Origin: Bugula neritina
Lineage: Eukaryota; Animalia; Bryozoa
Direction: 5' to 3'
Assembly (NCBI GenBank): GCA_964035545.1
Contig: OZ037769.1
Span: 7,359,929-7,423,928, forward strand
DNA: 64,000 nt
Below the pieces are notes generated by a model. That model was not told where the DNA came from and made no database searches. It saw only the letters and a list, made by a program, of their open reading frames with translations. Shown here piece after piece: positions 39,301 to 52,400 of this stretch (position 1 is its first letter; each line of letters begins with the position of its first letter). The translations under genes and the position numbers were made by a program.

Positions 39301-39961
39301 ACTCCAGAGAAATTGGATATATTCCAAGTGCTATTGTCGACCATAGGACCGTGTACACTTTATTCATTAACTTTTAGTTGACTTTTCATTAATTCTGTGT
39401 AAGGATTTTGCTTTTCACTGCAATTTCTAAAGTCTCTGTGAGTGTAAAATGATTTTTCTGACGAATATTTTATATTTAGCAGTTACTTTCGAGCTGTAAA
39501 ATATAAGCAACAACATTATTAATAATGATTTAGATTAATATTATCAATCATCAAATGATCAATGTTTTGAAGTTCGATGATTTTCATTTTAATTTTTTAA
39601 ATAAAATTCAAATTGTTCTATATCAATATGTAATAGTTATACAGAGTGATAGTCAATTTTATATTATACAATAGTTAATAATACCACTAATACTAATAGT
39701 TATAGATAATCATTTTAAGTTAATGTTATAAATTTAAAAGTAAAGATACTGATAAAGTGATATTGATAACATATTAATATTCATATTGATATTGTCATTG
39801 ATATTGAATTTGATGATCTAAATCATAATTTAAGTATTTCTCTTAGTATTACTATTACTATTAGTATTTCATTTAATTTTACTATCCCCATAATTATGAT
39901 ATTGATAGTGGTTAAATTTAATAATATTTCTTTTATTTTAATTATTAAATTCGATTATGAT

Positions 39962-40178
39962 GGGAGCAGCCGTGGTCTAGGGGTTAGAGCGTTCGCTTAG
40001 TCAGCACAAAGTCCTGGGTTCGAGCCCTGACAAAGGCCATTGGTGATGTTAGGAAGAGCATCCAGTCATAATTGCTCCTGTGCCTCATCTAAATAAGTCC
40101 TTAGCCCGCTTTAACAAAAACTCTTTCCATCAACTTCAAGGGTTTCTCACAGGGATAGCGACTATCAACTTGCGTGAG
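39962..40178 (+). mobile_element. tRNA-derived SINE with 18-bp TSD
   Basis: A-box TGGTCTAGGGG and B-box GGTTCGAGCCC; central GGTGATGTTAGGAAGAGCATCCAG resembles the Meta/MESC SINE core; exact TSD ATTAAATTCGATTATGAT at 39944-39961/40179-40196. Confidence 0.92.
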
Positions 40179-40410
40179 ATTAAATTCGATTATGATAATC
40201 ATATTTATAATAAATTTAATTATAGTGTTTAAATTTTATCACTTGTAAGTTGTATTTATTATAAAACTTAATATTTAATAATTGTTTACAAATTATGTTA
40301 TAGAATTATTCATCAGTAAAGGTCATTTTCATTTTGATTTAGTTTTACTAAAAGTAAATCTAATATCTAATAATAGTATAATACTAATAGAATTAATGTA
40401 TTTTTACTAT

Positions 40411-40769
40411 TGTAATGGCTCATGGACCTTCGAAGGGGGACCCATCGTTTCCCCTTCTCTACTACTAATGCATATCTAGTCATGGCGTTTCTCTTGTATT
40501 CCCCGTCATGTTGAACTATGTCTAACTCCCAACCAACATCGAGGTAAACACGTGGATCAGAGATGAGAGGACAGGGTTTCCCGACGGACAGTTACAACCG
40601 CCTAGGCTAGAACGACAGACCTGTTTTCTTCTACTCTGATATCCTTCTTGTTTATGCTACTGATGTAATCCTTTTCTTATATTTGTATATCTTCGTTTAA
40701 ATAAAGTATTCTCACGTTGGCACTTGGTGAGGTTATTGCACTGCATTCTGATAGTTGAAAACTATAACA
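40411..40769 (+). mobile_element. Solo LTR related to the full-length Gypsy element
   Basis: TGTAATGGCTCATGGA...TGAAAACTATAACA, with the last 14 nt identical to the full element's LTR end; AATAAA at 40700; perfect 4-bp TSD CTAT/CTAT; 359 bp. Confidence 0.88.
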
Positions 40770-40819
40770 CTATTCGGTTTTACAAACTTTAATCTATGCC
40801 TTAAGTTTGTGGTCTATAG

Positions 40820-41144
40820 CAAGGGTGTCCAACCTTTTCTAGAGTGAGAGCCAATAAAAGGGAATATTTTGTGGTGAGGGCTACATTGGAAATGTTGTTT
40901 AGCTCTGGGGGCTGCACAAGTTACTTTATCCCAGATTCTTATGAATCGTTACACAAGAAAGTCCCAATAGTTACTGCAGGCTGAATCTTTTGTAACATGT
41001 GTATAAATAAGACATTTAAAAGGTAGTTTTTCACTCTAATTCATGTATATTGTGTCAAAAAAAATTAGTTTTATGCCTTTGAAGGTCACATAAATGTAGG
41101 CTGGGGCCACATCCGGCCCTGGGGCCACCTATTGGACAGCCCTG
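40820..41144 (+). mobile_element. hAT-type non-autonomous MITE, copy 1
   Basis: CAAGGGTGTCCAA...TTGGACAGCCCTG TIRs; 8-bp TSD GTCTATAG/GTTTATAG. Confidence 0.85.
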
Positions 41145-43488
41145 GTTTATAGAGTTAGACTATACTCTAACTCTATAAATTATACTCAAATTAAGTAACT
41201 ATAAGTAATAACTGTAAGCAATACTAAGTCTAATGGAGTGATGGTAATACTAAAAGTAAATCTAATACTAATAGTGAAGTAGTGATTAACCAATGATTAT
41301 AGTTATAATATTTAATTATAATAACTATAGTATATAAGTAGGCATAATGTGTATCTTATTAGTTGTCATACAGTGATACACTTACAATTAATTCGTATTG
41401 ATATTGCTATTGCAGTTCATGTTTCATATTCAATTTTATTATTTGATCTGGATATCAAAATCTGGGTTCAAAATTAGGCACCAAATTGACTATAATTTAA
41501 TAAATGGTAATTGTTTTACCAAGTGTGCTGTTTTAAGCCTTTATGAGCAACAAGTTTATTGGTAGTAGCCTATTTTGATTTTATACATCTGAATTTTACT
41601 GGTTGGTAGTACCAGATACTGAGTGCTCATAGAATTTAGTGCTGAAAATGAAATAGTACACTGTTAGCAAAACATCATAAATAAGAGTTGAAAACATAAA
41701 TGAAACTTTTGCACCCACTTAGATTCCCAATAAATAATAGAAAGGCAATAGCAAAACAAGTTAAATAAATTTATATATAAACTTTCAAATTTTGGGGCGA
41801 ACCCTTCCTGAGTATATCCTGTATTTATAAAAAAATAATCCATAATATCAGAAATTTTATTTTCACATAAATTTGACGCTAGTTTAATATATCTAATGTA
41901 TATCCTTAACTATTTATATGGTGTTAACCTACATAAATGCCTGATAAATAATTGAAAAAGCAAGTTTCAAATCAACAAAATGAAAACTATTCAAGTGGTT
42001 GTGTCTTTGACACAATGAATATCACTGTGGCTATTATTTGCATTGGCATAACTATTACTGACACTTTAACATCCTTGTTAGTGCTATTATAAACATAAGC
42101 TCAATATAATAGGACATATAAAAAGCACATATGATTGGTGAAATATACCCTTGCTTTATAAAGTCAATGTATTAAACTTACCAGGATGGAAAGTAGTAAC
42201 TGTTGATATTTTGTATACTCATCCTGATGCAATCACACTGACGGCAATATCCTACTTAAGCATTGATTTGCAACAGTCACTCAAGTATTTTGATTATAAT
42301 CTATGGTTTATTACAATTGTTTTTAGCAATAATATACTGGATTTTAATTTCCTAGTATTATGTAGTGGTATGATATATTCATATAAATACTCTAAAGTCT
42401 AATATTAGTTTTGTTTCAACTTTGTTGTAAATCATCAAGTATTTTAAAATAAACTTCTGAAATTAGTGATCTAGAAGCAAAGTTTATTTTAGCTAACCTT
42501 CTTTACCTTTAATTATGTTTTAGTATTTTTATAAATATGACAAATAAATGAAGGTTTTAAAATTTCTTTGTTCTACTTAAATAGGTATTGTAAACAGAGA
42601 AAATCATGAAAATTCTTGTCTTTTGCTTAATTTTTACATAATAAATTTTGTTCCTACTCTATTGTCATGTGTTCTCGGCTTGATTAACATTTTTAATTAT
42701 TTTTTGTTATTTTTTTTAGGTGTGGAAAAATTTGTCGTTTTATAAAAAAGAAGAGAATGTGTCTACTGCTTGTGAGTTATGCGTTTTATTTTTAATCTTG
42801 AAATGAAAACAATTTAGTCAGACTATGCTAATTCCTTTGATGTTAAATGAGTTGAATTTTATCTGTAACTATAAATGTGTTTCTATTTATTATTCATCAT
42901 AACAACACCAATATTGTTAATTCTGTAATGGTAAATGTAAGCCATAGTCGTTCTGGGCATATTGTTTGCTTAAAAAAATATATGCAACTTTTATTATAAA
43001 ATAAAAACTGAATATATAATACATGTTTATCTGTAAAAATAGGTGTAAGAAAACATACAACAGTTGGCTCAAGTACTGATTAATTATGACTGTGGAATCT
43101 GTTGCTGGTCAAACACTCTACAACTGCTGTTGCCTATTTTCAACAAGTGAATACTCCTGTGATATTACGACTTGAACTGGTAAAAGTTGCAATACCCTAT
43201 TTTCAAATTTCTAAATATTATTGTAAAATGATACAGAAATGACCAGTTCTGCATTTAACACATTTTCATAAATGTTTTTCATAAAAATGTGTTTATTTTG
43301 ACATGAAATTGATTTTCTGGTGCCATTCAGACATTCACAGACAGCTGACTTGCTCTTGAAAGGTCATCTTTGACTCTCCTTACTCTATCAGTGTTTACCT
43401 TGAAGTGTTGAGACTCGCTCATACACTCACTAGATCTTCAGCCTTACTTACTTTACTCTGAAAGAGAGAAGACAGTATATTAGAACCT

Positions 43489-46400
43489 ATGGCAAGTTCT
43501 AATCCACAAGTAAGTGAGATATTGTCTAAATTTATTCTTAAAACTAAAAATCTATTTGGAAAGTTCAGTTATTTTGCATTTTTTTAATAATTGTTTTATA
43601 ATTGCCGCTTGTTCAATGTTCCATCCAATTCACTAACTCAGTGTAAGTAATATGTAATCTGCTCTTTGGAAAGGAAGTTTGCTATTGAACCATGATATTA
43701 GATTTTGTGTGGCTACAACATGGAAATAAAAATGTGGTTTTGATGTAACCAGCCATCTTTAATTTCTTTATGTACTTGCTGCAAAAGTTAACTTTTTAGA
43801 CTTTGCTGTGTTACCATTTTTGAATAAAAATAACTGGGTTTTAGATTCAATGTTAGAAATAGTGCAGTGCGCAGCTAAGTTTTGCAATGGCTGCATGACG
43901 CGTCAAATCTTTATTTCACCTCAACTCTAACTGCATTGCGAATCAGAACCTTAAAGTATTGCTGTGAAGATTAGTGCAGATTATTCATGATACTATGAAA
44001 TGTTGTTTAAAAAAGGAGTCGTATAAAACTCTTGTGAGTTTATAGTCGCTATCCCTGTGAGAACCCCTGATAGATAGCAGGCAAAGGACTTTTTTCACTA
44101 TTGTGGCAAAGAAGCAATTATGACTGAAGGCTAATAAGTAATGCTATAACTATGACGCAAACAACTGAAAAAGTATATCTTCATCTGATAAATCTTTGAG
44201 TATAAACCTAGCTTTTGTAATATTGATAGCTTTATGTGATCTGATCTATATCTGTAATCATATATCTTATGTAAACATGCAACTCATAGAATTTATTGAT
44301 ACCAAAAGGATTATTTCAAAGATATTACTAATAATGCACTAGAAGTTTATAGGAGCTAAGAGTCTGAAATATCAACTGGATATTCATTTTTAGTAACTAC
44401 CGGGTTGAGCTGTTATAGGAAGCTGATAACATGACTGCCTGTGTTGGGTTTGTGTGTTCTTCAATTTATGGGGATGCTTTATTCCTTACGTTTATTCATA
44501 GTTCATGGTTTGTGATGCGGGTTGGTTGTGCCAGATCTGAAAACTGAGAATGAATGTTAGATAATGAGCACACACTTCATCTTATTGCAGGGGGCTTCAG
44601 TAGCCACTTCATTGGATGATTATGATAAGCTCTTTGATGCCCACAACTCCTTTGAGGAGCAGCAGAGGTCTGCCAGTTCACACAGGCTACCCATAGGAAA
44701 TGAGGGGTATGAGGTACCCGTCCCCTACGACAGAACTCCTCAACAGCTAGATGTCACTGGTGAGTTATTCTTACTAGGGTAATGTGACTGACTGTTTATA
44801 GACTTCTCTGAATAATCTAGAAAACAGTTCTTGTATATTACCAGTTGACTCACTTGTAACACAGCAGGAATATAGTCAGTCTTGAACTTGAATTTATAAA
44901 TACACTGGGCTGGTACCGTAGGCACTATAAAGAGTAGTTATATCTATACACACATTTCCTTCCTTGTTCCTGCAACAATATCTGTACTAGAAAACTAGAC
45001 ATACAGCTCATTATATACATTGTAGCATTAGCTTGAAATTCATGCCGATCTACTTTACTTATTAACTGCTGCCACTCCTTCATGAAACTGGAAATTCTCT
45101 TGCATTACACATCTGCCGATATTGATTTAGTAATAAGCCAGTAAGCTTGGTGGCTCAACTTGAGCAGAGAGTGTTTGATATAACCAGCTCTCTATTCCAA
45201 GTAATAGCAGTGCTAGGTGCTGTATCATTCCTTCCTGGATAGTTATAACCTACCTGCACTATACTGTAACCTACCTACACTATACTGTAACCTACCTACA
45301 CTACACTTTAATCTAACTACACTACACTGTAACCTACCTACACTATACTGTAACCTACCTGCACTATACTGTAACCTACCTGCACTACACTGTAACCTAC
45401 CTACACCACACTGTAACCTAACTATATTGCCCACCTGTACAGTGTTCATTCTATTTATGGTAGTAATTCCTATAACTCTAGGAATTTCTAGTGGGCTTGA
45501 CTATGAAATAAAATAACATCCAACACCAAACCTGCAACTATCAGCTATCTTTTATATCTCAACACTTTACAGTCTAGCTAAGCCAAATACTACCCTGGGT
45601 ATGCATTATTTTGCAACTGTTAACTATTTCACCTGTTTACTCCCTCAGTTTGAGTTGAATACCCTATAAATAGTCAACTCTACTTGACTGTCTTAACAAA
45701 ATTCACAAGTGGTTTATCTTTAAATTGCATTGTGTTTGTGTGATTATGGGTTAGTCTAGATTTGAAGGTGGCTATTAACTTTTGTGCAATTCCTCTGGTT
45801 TGGTTTTACTAGTCTTAGGTATAGCATTATATTCCTTTACAAAGTAAACACTAGGTTATTTTGATTTTACCATAAACCTCAATTTCACAATAGAATGGAA
45901 TATTCTGTACTAAAATGTTGGTAGAAGTTTTGATGTCGTTCTGCTAATGATGTACAAGTCAAGGATAATACTGCGACAGTAGAGGATAATACTGTACAAG
46001 TAGAAGATAATATTGTGTCAGTATAGGATAATTCCTCAAAAGATCATGATGACCAGGAATCATTCTATAAGCAGTTGGAGGTGACTGAGTGCAATAGATT
46101 GGGATTCTCAGGTTTGGAGTGGGGGGGGTCCGAGTTTCAACTGAAACCCCCAAACTCGAGAATCCTAAACTGTTACACCCATTCACCCCCAGCTCAGAGC
46201 TGCTTATAGAACTATTTGATGACCAACTTCTGAGTCCAGTTAGGAATCACAAAAAAACGTAGCTATACCACCGAGTTGGTTATAACACCTTCATTCCTCC
46301 AAATTTGTAACTGCCTTATAAATAATGCAACTTAAACCCCCAACTCCAAACACTCAGTAGGCCCCAACTCGGAGCTGTTTACAAAACGATTCTAATAACA

Positions 46401-49400
46401 AAGTGTAACCCAGTTTCCTAACTGCCCCCTTCCCCCATATTTAAAAGGTTCACAGTATATACTAAGGCTTTCCTCTAGAGTCTAGGGTCTAACATCATGT
46501 TAGTTGAATTAACACTGCTGGAATGGTGCCAACTGTTTATATAGGCTAACTAGAAGAAAAGCTGATAGCATCTGGAATTTTACAATTTATAATGTTTATA
46601 AAGATGAAAGCTTGCATCATAACATACATTGAGTTCTGTAAATTGTATTTATGCCCACTTACATCCAACATTGTATTATTCATAATAGTACAGTTATATT
46701 CATTCTTCTATGTTACAGACTGCATGCACATTTGATTAAATTAGACATCAGTTATTACTTAGCTGTAAAAATGCAGCTACTAGCAGAGCATAACATAACA
46801 TCATAAACATGCTAACATTACGTATACCAACAGTCATAACATAGCTATTTAAAAGTGAAGAGTCGTAGTAACATTAGGCCTAGGCAGTTGGTGTTGCTGC
46901 TGTAAATTATATTTCATAACTTCTGTAGCAGTAACTGACTTATTGCTATGAGATATTCTACATCCTCTCTTGCTTTATAAAGTAGTTTGTTAACGCAAAC
47001 TAGAAACTCTGTGAAACTTTAAAGTAGATATATATTACAAGGATAAATTCTTTGAATATATTAAAAAGAGTATAAAAAGAGTTATTTTCACAAAGCATTC
47101 GTTTTGTGTTTATTTGCAAAACACGTTAGAAGAGTTGTCCTAGCATGGTCAGGTGTTAATCAGCTCTTATAAGGCAAGTAATGCAGCTCTATGTAGACCA
47201 GGGATAGTGCCAATGGCTATGCAGTATGTTACACACGCAAGTTGTCTTCTCTCTTTGCAGAGCACCACAGTGCAATATACTACCCCCACCCACATCAAAC
47301 ATTGAAAAGCTCAGGAAAACGGCTAAGGCGTAAACGAAAGGATAGAGATTCTGCGTACAAGAAGAAAAAAGGAGTTCGACCTAGTCAACTCTTTCAGCCA
47401 TCTTTACAGGAAGTAGCTGAGCAGGTAAAGTATTCTGTATTCAATATTCAGTATTGTGTACGTGTACTGAGCTATTGTAGACATTGGGAGATTGGAGATT
47501 GTTTACATCAGCATATGTGTGGAATAACATCTTTTGTCACATCAATACTTCTTTTACTGAGTTGAATCTTAGTTCGGCAAGCTATGCTGCATTCAGATAG
47601 ACTGAAGTTCTACATTTACTGATGGGACAGCTTTGAAAGTATATAAACAATTATTTGTCATTCTTTACACAGAAACATCTGAATAGCAGCTTCTAATGCA
47701 AGTTGTTATGGAAGTAAGGCTAAAGCTGCACTGTGCTGTTTGCTATGTAATTCTGTTACGTATGATAGCCTTGTCTATGTTAACCTTGACCTAGTTTTAT
47801 TTGTCCCACAGAGGTCGCTCTGCTCTACTACTAGTACATCATCTTCCTCTGACTATGGACTGTGGTTCTCACCACAATCTGCATCTGTAAGTGTGACCCC
47901 AACCGCCCACCCGACTTAACACAAAACTGTTGAGTTTTTAGAGTGTAGCCCAGTGTTCTTTGGTTCCTGTGTTGTGTTGCTTTTGATAGAGTGCCTTTTT
48001 CTAATACACACACTTGGAGCAAAATTGCTTGTTGTTTGGTCTTTCTACACAACTTTGTGTTTGTGAGAATAATTTTGCACCTATTTTTATTTAATAAAGA
48101 GTTGTGTTCTCTATTTTTATCAGTTGTGAGTAGAAAACTTTGAGAATCATACTGTGTGATTGCCTTTAGCTGTTGTATTGAGTGTTATTGATGCTACTAG
48201 CACCAGACTATCAGTTGAAACTTTCTACAAAGCATAGTTTTGTTGACTTGGCCGTTTATACAATAATACATGTCCATTATTATATTGGCTACCCCATATA
48301 TTAGGGGAGGGGTTTAGGTTACCCAGACATCTTGTGCTAGGTTTGATTACATATATGAGAGATTTTGCTGCAAAAATCCTGCCAGAGCATTTCTATTGAG
48401 TAAACCATATATGCAGTTACTTCAAGTGGATAATTTAGAAGCAGAACATAGAAAACTCGTACTCATACTGTATAGTGAAGCTGTAATGAAACTGGAGTTA
48501 TAAAGTTATCTCCCCAAAATAAATATGATTGACCTGCACCTATGTAGGCTCACCTGATGGCCACCCACTGTGTGTTGTGTGCACTGTTTGGTTTTGTATT
48601 GGTTGGTGTTGCATTACTACATGTTGGCTGTCTGTAGAAGGAGAAGTTCCTGTAGCTAGCTAGAGGAGTTGTCTGCTAATGATGTATATACATATATATA
48701 TATTGGAATACTTTGTCAGTAGTGAATGTTATGGTAAAGCTAATACATGTCACATGTCGTCTGCTAACTTGCCAACAAAATATTTTCTTCGACGTTATAT
48801 TTTTACCAAATCAAAAATGCCGATAGCTCATTTGAATTTCTTATTAAAAAGAGTGTCTTTGTATACGTTGGTTTATTTTTGCTATTGGGTCATTGCTCGT
48901 TGGCTAGTGGATCAAGTACTAGTTTACCAAGTAGTACTTAGAAAATGTATTTTTTCAAGTTTCACCCATCTTCTTATGATTTCTTTCTTATGTCTTTCTT
49001 CAATATAATTGTAGGTGTTATGTGCAGTGCTCCCAATTTGCTCTTTGTACATCATTGTCACTCTGTATCTATAACCAGTTATCTATTCAAGTTCTATATT
49101 GTCCCTTCACAGTATATATATAATTATACTATTTTCTTAGGACCCTGATCACCATTTGTCCCTGTCTAGTGATAACCACGATGAAGCAAAACCTGAACAA
49201 GAAAAACTTCAAGGTGAGCTATTAGCCCACCCACTTGGGTGTTGCAGAATTTAAGGTGAGTGTAGTAACCAACATTAGAAATATCTCTCGCAATCTCCAA
49301 CCAAAGTTTGATGCAGTTAAACAGATTATCATGAGATATGTAACTGTAACCTATGTGCTCTGTATGAGCTATGAGATATTTTCTCCTCAAATTCCAAGGA

Positions 49401-52400
49401 GTTTGTTGATCCCAGGGAGTTTTCTTCTCTAGTATTTAGTTACTTGCACCAGTTATAACCTTTCAACTGTCAGCTTGTACAGTTACTTTACATATTACTG
49501 CTATAATTCTCTTCATTCACTTCATTCACCATACACAGTACTGATATAAGTTTCATGTTTGTGTTTTCTTGAAGACACTTGCAGAGTAATATCTGCAGTA
49601 GGCCTGCTAGCACTGGCTTTAAATAATAAAGCTTCCATTTTTGAAGAAAAGCCTCAGATTTGGCAACTCCTCAGTATTGTAGCTTCACCAGGTGACAATA
49701 CTGTGTACTGTAGATGGAGCGCTCACTCACTCAGGAGACAAGGCAGGTGATACAGAAGGTCTACTTCACTCATACAATAACAAGGGACTCTCCGATCACT
49801 TCTCAGATGCTTCCACGCCTCCTGGTGGAGAAACCAAAAGCAAGGAGCAGACAATTTCTCAGTTGAGTGAAGACCCAGACTCTGCAGACGGCTCATATCT
49901 AGTTATGCCACAGAACATTAGTGGTAAGTGTAACGTTTATACTGTATATACTGTAGTCTGAGAGTGTATACTGTAGTCTGAGAGTATATACTGTAGTCTG
50001 AGAGTGTATACTGTAGTCTGAGAGTATATACTGTAGTCTGAGAGTATATACTGTAGTCTGAGAGTATATACTGTAGTCTGAGAGTGTATACTGTAGTCTG
50101 AGAGTATTTACTGTAGTCTGAGAGTATATACTGTAGTCTGAGAGTGTTTACTGTAGTCTGAGAGTATATACTGTAGTCTGAGAGTATATACTGTAGTCTG
50201 AGAGTGTATACTGTAGTCTGAGAGTATATACTGTAGTCTGAGAGTGTATACTGTAGTCGGAGAGTATATACTGTAGTCTGAGAGTGTATACTGTAGTCTG
50301 AGAGTGTATACTGTAGTATATTGATCTGGTAACACTTATCTTGTGTATCTTGTAGCCGCCAAGTTACCATCAAACCAGACAGCTCCTGGCAATCTGCCAA
50401 GTCCAGCAGACCACCGCGTCCAGTTTCACCTGGGAGGAGAAGGTGAGAAAACATGTACTAATATCTCATTGTTGGAGGCTGCAGATTCATAAGACTGTAA
50501 TAGCTCTATGTGCATTACTTTCATTTCAGCGTCTCGATGTGATATTCTTGAGCACGTGCCAGCCACTGTCCCCCTGCAGCCTGAACCAGAGGTGGTTGGA
50601 GAAACACAAGTTAAGTTTATACTTGGAGGTGAGGTGCTTTTCTTCCTTCATCTTTTTCTGTGTTGATTTCAATTGCTGACCGTCTGTACACCGAGGTGCT
50701 CACTGGAGTTATATTTTATAGTTACTAAGGTACAATGTGATCAGGAGTTCATAATCAGTAACTTTTTGTTTAATAAAACTTGAATTAGTAGTCATAAACA
50801 TCCTTTGAATATTTGAAGGAAAGAAATTTATCATTATATTAGAGCAGGAATGTCCAACGTTTTCAGACCGAGGGCCACTGAAAAGGAATATTCCATATTG
50901 TAAACTATAGCTTGTGCTGAGGGAAATTATGTTATCCCAAATTTTTATGAATCATTGCACAATAAAGTCCCAATAGTTAATACAGGCTGCATATTGTGTA
51001 GCATGTGTATATATAAAGATTACATTAAAAAGGTAGTTCTTCACTCTAATTCATATATTCACTAAAAAATAATTTTAGTTTTATGCCTTTGAGGGCTACA
51101 TAAATATGGGCTGGGGGGCCACATCCGGCCCTGGGACCGCCTGTTGGACAGCCCTGTATTAGGGTAACGTGCAATATTGCATGTTTTTATGTAATAAAGT
51201 AGTTGCTAGACCAATCAAATGAAACAACACTTTAAATGTTGCACTAGAGTTTCGATTAACGTTGAGGATTGTTTTCAGGGGAATCTACGGATAACTTTGA
51301 GCAGAAGAACCCAATGAGCTCTTCGTCAGCCTTGAATCAAGCTGATCAGAAATCCAGAAGTCAGTCTGTTGATGAAGCACCCACACCATCGTAAGTTTGA
51401 AGAGAAGGTAGTTGTCAGACTCTGTGTTTTATAGAGCAGCAGTGTTTGGATGCTGTGACGTTGTGCCTACTCTGTGTGTAGTATCTTGGCGATACACCAC
51501 CCTTATGTTAGTCTTCCTTCTCATCAGCTATCACCTATATCTAGCATGTATATAGCAGTGTTTCTTGGGTTTACATGGGCAGGGGTGGATAGGGAGAAAA
51601 AATTTGCCGCTTCTACACAGAATTTAGAAATATGTGGCGTATTCATAGAGTTATCTTCTTTTATATAAATTAGGGCTATAGCTTCAAACATGATCAATAG
51701 ATAACAATAGATTTTGCAACAGAAACTAGAGTGTTACTATTCAAATATAGTTATTATTAGCAAATGAAAAAGAAATATCAACGATAATGAATAATTTAAG
51801 CAACAATGAAGAGAGTAGTAAGTAATATACCCAACCATTGTACCTGTCAGGGAAAGACCTCCACATATTCCCGTCACCAGATCTCACTCGTACCATCCCG
51901 GTGACGAGCTCTCCTACAGGCGCTGTAGAGGAAGTGATGTTGAGCTCGCTGATCTACCAAACAAGATGGCGGCTAACGTGACATCTCCGGAAGAAGCGGC
52001 TGTCCTCAATAAGCATGACCTTGACGACCTTGCTAGTGAGTCTGCTGTGTAGTCTTGTTGAGTTATTGTGTTGCCCACATCTTCTATACCCTTCAGTGTG
52101 AATCTTTTTTAAATTTTATTTTAAGAAAACTTAGCTTCTCAACTATTCATTCAACTTCAAGTTTCTATGTACCGGTGTGGGAATATGTGATATAAACTCT
52201 TGTTTTACCTTCAATTTATAAATAAAATGGTTCATCAAGTTTATTGACTCTACTGCGAGTCACAGGTCACTCGCTCATACCTGTATGTTGTGTGTTACCA
52301 TGTTGTGACAACTCCATATTTCATTGCTGATACTTGTTAGATCACTTGTACCACCTGCTATCTCGTGTCAACTGCATATTCTATCTGATAATTTAGGAAA

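Noticed and set aside
39962-40040. Functional tRNA gene
   Set aside because: The cloverleaf is imperfect and continues into a SINE body flanked by a TSD, and a second dispersed copy exists.
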